DNA of 64,000 nt from assembly GCA_963693365.1 (NCBI GenBank), contig CAVNZM010000011.1, forward strand, positions 6,157,921 to 6,221,920, written 5' to 3'. How positions within the stretch are numbered: the first letter of the stretch is position 1; every line of letters starts with the position of its first letter. This document shows positions 55,646 to 64,000 of the stretch, piece by piece. Position numbers and translations under genes: made by a program. Source of the DNA: Amoebidium appalachense (taxonomy: Eukaryota > Protista > Ichthyosporea). Below the pieces are notes generated by a model, which did not search any database, was not told where the DNA came from, and saw only the letters and a program-made list of their open reading frames with translations.

Positions 55646-56880
55646 ACGTGTGTGTGTGAGAGAGAGAGTGAGATTCTGTAGAGACATGGTTGTCTTAATT
55701 GTGTGTGTGTTCAATATAGAACAGAGCACGATAGTGTGCTGGCCACTCACCTTTGGAACCTGCCTGCTTTTCTTTATAACGACGATTTCGCCAGAAAACA
55801 CTTGAAGGCTTCTCGTTGAATTGTGACCGAACCCCCTTAGCACCCATTTCTTGTTCAGAACCCTTAAAAAAAAATGGTGATCTTTCACCCACAATAGCAA
55901 TGATAACTGCAAGAGTGCACTGATACTTCTCCTGAGATAACTGTGCGGGGGGGGGGGGGGGGGGGGGGGGGGGAGGGGGGGGGGGGGGGAGGGGGGGGGG
56001 AAGGGGGGAGGGGGGGGGGACGACGACAACTCCATTCCATCATTTGATGTGGCCATCCAATGCCTAAAAAGGATGTCCCACAAAACACCAACCATCACAT
56101 AGCTGAACATTAAAACTTGACTGAAACATGCCGTTTAACGCAGCGATTGCAAGAGCGCGCATCAGTCCTTTTCGCATCGCATCAAGTCCATCACCATGTC
56201 GAAATGGACGAAGGAAGAAGTAGATGCACTTCAACCGAAACGTGGGGGTTCGAACCAAAACGCCATCGACACGTATTTCGCTCGCTACAACGAACGGAAA
56301 CTTCCTCGCCCCAAGAAAAACGACGATCATACCGTTTGGAAGGATTTTGTCAAACAGGTTTACATTGACAAGAAGTTTTATGAATCGGATGGAGGCGGTG
56401 GGGAGAGGGATGGGAGCGGATCGGATAGGGAAGATGATAGGGGGAGAGGGAGGAGGGGCGGAGAGAGGGAGGAGAGGGGAGGGGGAGGTGGAGGGAGTCG
56501 CAGCGGGGAGAGAGATAGGGAGAGGGTGCGTAGTGGGCGGGGAGAGAGAGACGGGAGAAGCTCGAGAGACAGGTATAGGGAGGAGGAGGAGGAAGAGGAG
56601 GGAGGGAGGAGTAGAGGGAGGAGTGAACGTGACGGGAGGAGATACGAAGGGAGAGGGAGAGCAACGGGGGGAAGAAAGCCGGCTGGCCCCAGCGATGAGG
56701 AGGAGGACGATGATAGACCACGGCAGAGTTCGGCAAGCAGACGGGGTGATTCCAGAAGGTGGGTGCCACCCGCCCCTCTCCCCCACCCTTCCCCACCCCC
56801 CCTCCCCACGTCCCACCCTCCCCTTTCCCTCCGTTTTGCATTCCCCTCTGTGCGTGCACAAGCCCACCAATGTGTAATCA

Positions 56881-56918
<38 letters not shown>

Positions 56919-57163
56919 AGCTCTGCCTGCCCGAGGTTAGAGGTCGAAGAGTTGCTCGTATTTGAATGCATAGGGACCTCCTTGATGATTGAAGGCTGTT
57001 GCCTCGTGTTTCCCACCGTCTAATGCACACATCCCCTCCCCCCCCCCCCCCCCTTTCCCCTTCTGTCCCCATCTTCGCTCCGTAGGCCGTCATGAATGAG
57101 TAATTCGTGTTCTGTAACACATTCTAATCCCCCCTTCTCCCCCTCCCCCCCCCCCCCCCCCCC

Positions 57164-57194
<31 letters not shown>

Positions 57195-57429
57195 TCGTAG
57201 GATCGAGTCATTGGTTACTTCTTTCGGGCTTCTTTGTTTCCCTCCCCCCCCCCCTCTCCCCCCCCACCCCCAGCCGTCCTCACAACACTGGCATAGTCCT
57301 GTAGTCAACATGTTCGTGACTTTGTTTTTGGGTTGTGTGTCCATGCAGTTTGCACTGTCTAACCCTCTCTTACTTCCTTTTCCCTCCACTTCCATCTCCA
57401 CAATACCAACACACGCACACGCGCGCGCA

Positions 57430-57503
<74 letters not shown>

Positions 57504-57637
57504 TAGTAGTAGTCGCAGAGCCCCGGGACCCCCCAGCCCCCAGCCACACCATGCGGCAAACCTTTTGGACACGGATGGATTCGAGAGCCTTAGTGGTGGG
57601 TGTTGCATCTGCCCCGAAACACAAACATGCGCGTGCG

Positions 57638-57671
<34 letters not shown>

Positions 57672-59149
57672 GGGCCACACACACGCACAGAATCACACAG
57701 ACACACACACGAGACAGAGAGAAGAGAAAGGAATGATTGCAGCCCTTTTCAATCCTTGTACTTTTACTTTTGTTTTGTACATACAGTAGCTTTGGTCAAG
57801 TCTGATCGAACCGGAGCATGGACTGTTCTTCTGTTGCTTATTTTCGTTGTGCTTATCGGCCTTCACAGCCTTTTTCATCATGCATGATCAAACTGACTGG
57901 TCTAACATTTTCCTAGTAATCCACTCCAATATTAGTTACAACGATCGAAATGGTTTTGCATTTTTGGTGTGGGTATATCCATGTGTGTGTTGAGGTGAAG
58001 AAATTCTCCCCCCCCCCCCCAAAAAAAAAAAAAAAAAAAAAAAGAAAAAGAAAAAAAGAAAGAAAGAAAGAAAGAAAAAGAAAGAAAGAAATTAAAAGGG
58101 AAAAAGAAAAGAAAAAGGAAAAGGAAAAAAAAAAAAAAAAAAAAAGATTCTGATCCAAGGACCCCACCCTTCAGATAACTTCTCAACTCAGGCGCGCATA
58201 GCCAGCGACGACGAATTTTCCGACTTTTCATCTGTCCCCCCTGCCTCCTCCACCGCCAGCGATCCGTTTGGCTCCTTTGCCGCCCCTGCCCCCCCCTCCG
58301 GTCGGAAATGGCATGAACATGAACAGCATGGGGAACGGGTCGCAGTGGGACGATTTTATCTCCCCTTCCTCTGCACCCGTCACCCATATTCCGGCCACCA
58401 CCGCCACCACCAGCAGCAATAACAATGTATGGGATGCTTTCGGCGCCCCTGCATCTTCCCCGTCCGTGCCACAGCCCCAGGTAAATTTGCTTATGGGGTC
58501 CGGTGTAAATACTGCAAATTCGGCCAGTAGCGGCGCCGGGGATTGGGCAAATTTTGGGTCCACGCTTGGATACCCCTCGGTCGCTGCCGCGCCGGCGCCG
58601 ATTCGGCCCGTGGCGGGAGGTATGGGGGGAATGGCCGGAGGTATGGGGACCATGGGCCGTGGCGCGGGCGGTGTAGGAGTCGGTGTGGGTGTGGGTGTGG
58701 GTGTGAGACCGATGGGGGGGTTCATGCCGGCGGCTCCGATGGTCGGAAATACCCAGCCGGTGGGTGTGGGCATGGGGATGGGGATGGGTGTTGGGATGGG
58801 GATGGGCTCTCTCCCCCGCCCGGCCATGGGCGTTGGTGTGGGTATGGCCCCTCGTCCACCTACGGGGCAGATGGCCGGAATTAGGCCTATGGGAGCTGGC
58901 GTGGGTAGTGCCGGGATGTACGCAGGCGCCGGTGTGGTGAATCCGGTCGGGATGGGGGCGGGTGGACCAAATTACGTCCAGCAGAGGGGAATTTCGGTTG
59001 GTGGGGGTTCAAACCCGGCGGCCGGTGCAGGTGCGGGTGAGCAGCAGTCTGGGTGGAGCAATTTGACTTTGGGGGTGAAGGAAGTAAAACCCCAGGGTGC
59101 AAATTCGGTGAAAAAGGCTGGTGATAGTTTTTCCGCCCTTAAGTGGTAG
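55138..59149 (+). CDS. ArfGAP-domain protein (AGFG/Hrb-like) with an R/G/E-rich linker and a G/M/P-rich tail
   Basis: Exons 55138-55274, 56144-56758, ~57507-57595 and ~58175/58206-59149. PENKVCPNC...TFVCSDCKSAHQSFSHRIKSITMSKWTKEEVDAL..GGSN..FVKQVYIDKKFY. The start of the last exon is ambiguous (see findings). Confidence 0.85.
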
Positions 59150-59355
59150 GAAAAGTAGATGATGGCATCGAGATATACAGTGGATAACTTTGCTTGAGAT
59201 GTTTCGATTGTACAAAATTGAAGATACAGTAACAGAGCCGGATTGATGTGTTCTCTCCAAAGTTTTGGTCCTTTTTTATTTTGGTTGTTGCTTTTCGTTT
59301 CTCTCGTTCTTTCTTTTTTTTTTTTTTTTTTCCCCTTAAAAAGGTGAGGGGGGAA

Positions 59356-59393
<38 letters not shown>

Positions 59394-61384
59394 CTTTGCA
59401 GTGGTTTGTCTCTACAGGAACGCTATTGCACACGGTGTAAGTTGCTAATACAAAACATACGCTCGTTTTTTTGGGCGCTGATGCACTCCGCCTAAACGAG
59501 GCAGAATGAGCACACATGCCTACTCAATCACCCCACGTACACTTGTTTCTCTAGATTTAACACACGCACACAGCGCTAGAAGGAATGGCGACATTAAGAA
59601 GTAAATTTGGTACATATAGGCTACCATTTTTGTGGTAGTTAGCAACAGACTAAGATGTAAGCTAAGGAGGGTTTCTTTTAGGTTCTCGGGTCGGGTCATG
59701 ACTCAGACCCGAATGGTTTTATCGTGATTGGCGGACGCGTGAAAGCGCACCTGCTTGCCAACCGGAAGGGCCAATGAATTTGGCCTAAAAGAAACTCCCA
59801 TTACATTAAGGTATTTTGCCGGCCTAATGTTGACCGATACACTCCTACCGGCTTGGTCCCCCCCCCTTCCCCCCTTGGTCCCCCCCCCCTTCCCCCCCCC
59901 CCCCCCCCCCCCTCCCCCTCCCCCCCCCCCCCCCACTCTTTGTGTGGTTTGCACTCGGCATTTGTTAGGGGAATAGAATGGGAGTGATGTTCAGACTCAA
60001 GGAAAGTTGGCTCGTAATCTTAGCTTCCGTCAACACGCGCACTGCTACTTATCTCAAGAGTATCTCCTACTCTGAAGTAGAGTGAAGTAGAGCGTTTGTG
60101 GATGACCGAGGCTGTTCGTTATATAGTTTTGGTTGCGCGCTTGTCTACCACATGATCCAATAGGAAAGCACTTACCAAGTCCATATATGGCTAGTACGAA
60201 TCCCGAACACCAGAAACAACCAATCGGAAATGCTCAATCTACAAATACATGCAATCTCAATCTTCCGAACGCATGCCACACGCAGTGTCAATCCTCGCAA
60301 TCGCGTGCCACTGTGCATATGCACAGGGGCATAACTCGTGGTGTGCTAAGATGCAAAGCTATGATGTAAGAATGATGTAATAGTTACGTAATAATGAGTA
60401 ATGGCAAAGGGCCGTGTCCTACGTGTACTTGTATGTCTGCTATCTATCAGCATGCATATCTAAGGTGCGTAAATAACAATCACAACAATCCAAGGGGGGG
60501 GGGGGGCTATGAAAGGGGGTCTGAGACGCTATAACCTAACAGTACTCCCCTCTAACAAAAATTTCTTCCTCGAAATTAAACAAACCTCTACGGAGCGCAG
60601 AAAAACAAAATTCTATCTAAGGCCTAAGGCATCCAACTGCAAAATGCTAAAGATTGTGTTCTACTGAGTGCCTAAATTGAAAGAATACAAATGAGGAAAA
60701 AGGGAAAGGGTGTCAGAACGGAATGGATCTGGAACAAGAAGAATTATCGGCTATTACGAAATGCTTACTAAATGCATAATGAATTTGAAGGAATCGATAT
60801 AGCACCTAATGTTTCAAAGAATCGCTACCTGGCGCATAATGTGTGAAAATGCGAAAGAATAATAGCACTTTAACCGAAGACGCGAAAGAATACAACTTAG
60901 CCTAATGATTTCAAACGTAATATGTTGGGGGGGAAAACAGTGGGCCTAAGGTGTAACAAAAGGATGCAAACACTCAGAAATTGGAAATTTGGAATCACAT
61001 AGTTCTGCCTAAAATAAAGCATAATAACATAAGTATTCTAGAGTCTGCAATGCACTATTTTGACGAAAAAATGTACCAAAAGAAGACAAAGTTTGCAAAG
61101 CACAATAACAAGGGATTCAGTGTGGTAGTAGTAATAGAAGTGACACCGATGGGAGGCGTCGCGCGCTGGTTGTGGCAAAGTCCCCAAATCCAACAACCAA
61201 TTCCACTACAGAGCACTGCCACAGGCAGGGGACACCCTATAATGGCCACATATATATCTCTTACATGCTAATTCTACTTATGCACAAGTGAAATTGAGTT
61301 CAAAGTTTAACAGAGAAAATCATCGGGTGTGAGCACCTGTACACGACTAGCGTGGAAGCGTCGAAGTAGCTCTGGGCAGTGGAG

Positions 61385-61503
61385 TTAATCTTGATATGGC
61401 AACGTGTCGCTGATCTTGCAGGGCTTCTGCTTGCCGGTGATGTCACGGTGGAAGCTGTAGCCAAACATCATGTCGAAGATGCGTAGTACCTCAAACTTGA
61501 TAT
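61385..61503 (-). CDS. Probable terminal exon of an unidentified minus-strand gene; other candidate exons near 63300-63480
   Basis: TTTTCTGCAG acceptor, then coding-like DIKFEVLRIFDMMFGYSFHRDITGKQKPCKISDTLPYQD-stop with a GC3-rich codon pattern. No family recognised. Confidence 0.4.
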
Positions 61504-63677
61504 CTGCAGAAAAAAATATTCCATGCATGCGACTCAACGCGGATGGAAGGTGAGAAGTATCGGCGTACACGTGCACACGCCGTGCATTTTATCCTATTTA
61601 GAAGATTATAGCTACAATTATCATCTACATCATCTACATCAATACCTTATTTACACACATATCAAATGGATGTGTGACTTGTGTGACGTGGTAACCTTAA
61701 GGGGAAGTAATTTTTGTAAGTCTCCGTGAATGTAACTAGCTGGGGTTTACTTTGCCTTTTATGGCGGTGTGTTGGCGAATGTGTAGGCTATTGCTAAAGG
61801 AAAGGGTGTGTATGCGTGCAAGGTTGCGGGAGTGTTGTGTTGGAATTGAAGGTTTATTTTATGTCTGCAAGGTGTGTTATGCAACGAATATGTGCTAAAT
61901 TTTTAAAAAATAACCTGAGTGCAAATTATTCAGAGGTAGGAAGCGTAGGTCAGGTTGAAAGAAGATTAGGCTGGCGATTAACTAAACTATCAAGAGCAGC
62001 ACGAGCAGTGAAGCAACATGTGCAAATGCAAGGCTTGTTACGTGGGCATAATTGTTGTTTTGTCTTAGTATGCAGAGGCAATGCATTGCGTACTACATTC
62101 TATCATTATTAGTGGCAAGCGTTGTGTAAGTTGCAGCGTCAGATTGTGAGTAAGAGACAGTAAGATGGATATTGGAGACGTTGAGTGTTGGGCACAGTGG
62201 AGGGAAAATGGTAGAGAAAAAGATTGTTTTAGTGAGGTCAGAATACGGTACGAGGGTATCATATATGATGATAATGTTCGCATGAGCAAATCAACAAGCG
62301 TAACACAATCGGAAGAAAGAGCACAAATAACCAGAATATGTGTGTATGTCGTGTGAACATAATAGCAAAGGTCATAGATATGTTTCAAATTGTGTGTTTT
62401 TGTGTGTGTGTTTTTTTTTATTTTTTTTTTGTATAGTTGGAAATGCGTGTTTTGTCTATGGAACCTACGTATAGGTATGTGGGGAGGGGAGATTTGTGTT
62501 TGGCGGGTGTGTGTGCACTACAACTGTTTGCGCGTGTGTTGACTTCTGTATTATGAAGGTATTTGCAGACTGTGTTTTGGTAAGCACTATAGAAAGGTAG
62601 CCAAGTTTTATGCACACTAGGCAAGAGGTTATGCCATAGGTGGCAAGGTACAAAGAAATCGCGTCAAATAATAAACAATAATATTTGCAACAAGTAATGG
62701 GGGGCAAGGTTACTTAGCTTTTGGCATCGGTGCTGTGGCAGGGTAGTATTGCATGGGTGGGCGGGAAGTTGTTAAATGTCGGTTATGCCTGCATCTGCTG
62801 CTTGTGCAGCTATAACTGCAGCTGGTTGAAATTCTGCTACTAGTGACAGTGCAAAAAGATAGATGTAGATACTGTTACAGCATGCCGGATCGGATACTGG
62901 GTGTGTTGTGCCGTGCTGAATGACCTCGGCAAATTGTGTGGTGTGGCCATCAAGAATGTGAGAAGTCTGGGGAGGTAGATTGGAATGTAGGGAAAACATA
63001 TCAGAGACTGGCAAATCTACCGGCAGTCTCAGCCAAAACAGTTTCGAGTGTGAAGTTCTCTGTCATATAGAATTATATGGTATTCTGCTAAACTAAGTCC
63101 ATCATCAACATCAGGGATTTTATCAACTGTTTTGTAATATAAATTCATTTTGTAATCCTGTACGACTACATAGACAACATCTGAAAACACGATCATTTAT
63201 AATGTGTTTGGTGCCAGTAATCGAAAGTGTGGGTTTGTGATCTGTGAAATTTGCGAATTCACGTCCTTAAAAATATACACGGTATTCTTTTGTGATTGCA
63301 TATATGGTTGCCAATGTTTCTCTTTCTGTGGTGCTATAACGTTATTCTGTAGGAGTCAGTTGACGACCTCCATAGGCTACCACACGTAAGCCATCATCAC
63401 GTTGATACTGATGTCAAAAATTTCCACGAGTTTCTGGCACTTTCCGGAAAGCAGCTGAAACCTCATCTTCACGCTGTCACTGTGCAGAAACAAGATGATG
63501 GTTAGAATGGTGTCGGCGGGTTGATGGTCACGGACTGCGGGCAGATATCGAAAGAAAGACAAAAATAAAAAAAAAGGAAAGAAAGAAGAAAGAAAAAGGA
63601 AAATGGTGGGTGGGGGGTTGGATGGGTGGGTGGGTGGGTGGGTGGATGGTTTTTGTTTTCTTTTCTTTTTTTTTTTT

Positions 63678-63721
<44 letters not shown>

Positions 63722-63909
63722 GGGGGGGGGGGGGGGGCATGGATGGTATGACTCGGTGGATTGATGGCTGCCTGCACGTAAAACACATTAAAACAGAAAC
63801 AGAAGGTGGGAAAAAAACGGAAAGGGGTGGTTGGTGGTGGTGGGGGGGGGGGGGGGGGGGGGGGGGGAGGGGGGCGATCGATGGTGCTTTTTTTTTTTTT
63901 TTTTTTAAG

Positions 63910-63944
<35 letters not shown>

Positions 63945-64000
63945 AGGGGGAGGGGACAGTGTACCGAATACATGTACCTTGTATCATACACATATATACT

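Overview
Eukaryotic, intron-rich genomic DNA, probably from a unicellular lineage; the gene set is compatible with an opisthokont, but the species cannot be named from sequence alone. Introns are saturated with poly(C)/poly(G) tracts and (CA)n/(GT)n/(CT)n microsatellites, so most ORFs in the six-frame track are artefacts. Manual splicing recovers six multi-exon genes: a Pby1/TTL-family ATP-grasp ligase (+), an F-box/LRR protein (-), a ParB-type HTH plus phage-Dam-like N6-adenine methyltransferase fusion (+), the YOD1/OTU1 deubiquitinase (+), NAA60 (-) and an ArfGAP-domain protein (+). There is also a decayed tyrosine-recombinase fragment and the possible 3' end of an unknown gene. Ten tRNA-Lys genes (9 CTT, 1 TTT) lie in and just downstream of NAA60. 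Most notable: (i) a two-subfamily, highly structured, 5'-truncated dispersed repeat that ends in CATTCAAA-poly(C) and is always sense-oriented relative to its host gene; (ii) recurrent tandem duplications straddling splice sites; (iii) a spliced, apparently domesticated Dam-like methyltransferase with a degenerate catalytic motif; (iv) microsatellites sitting directly at splice sites. Exon coordinates were read by eye and may be off by a few bases.
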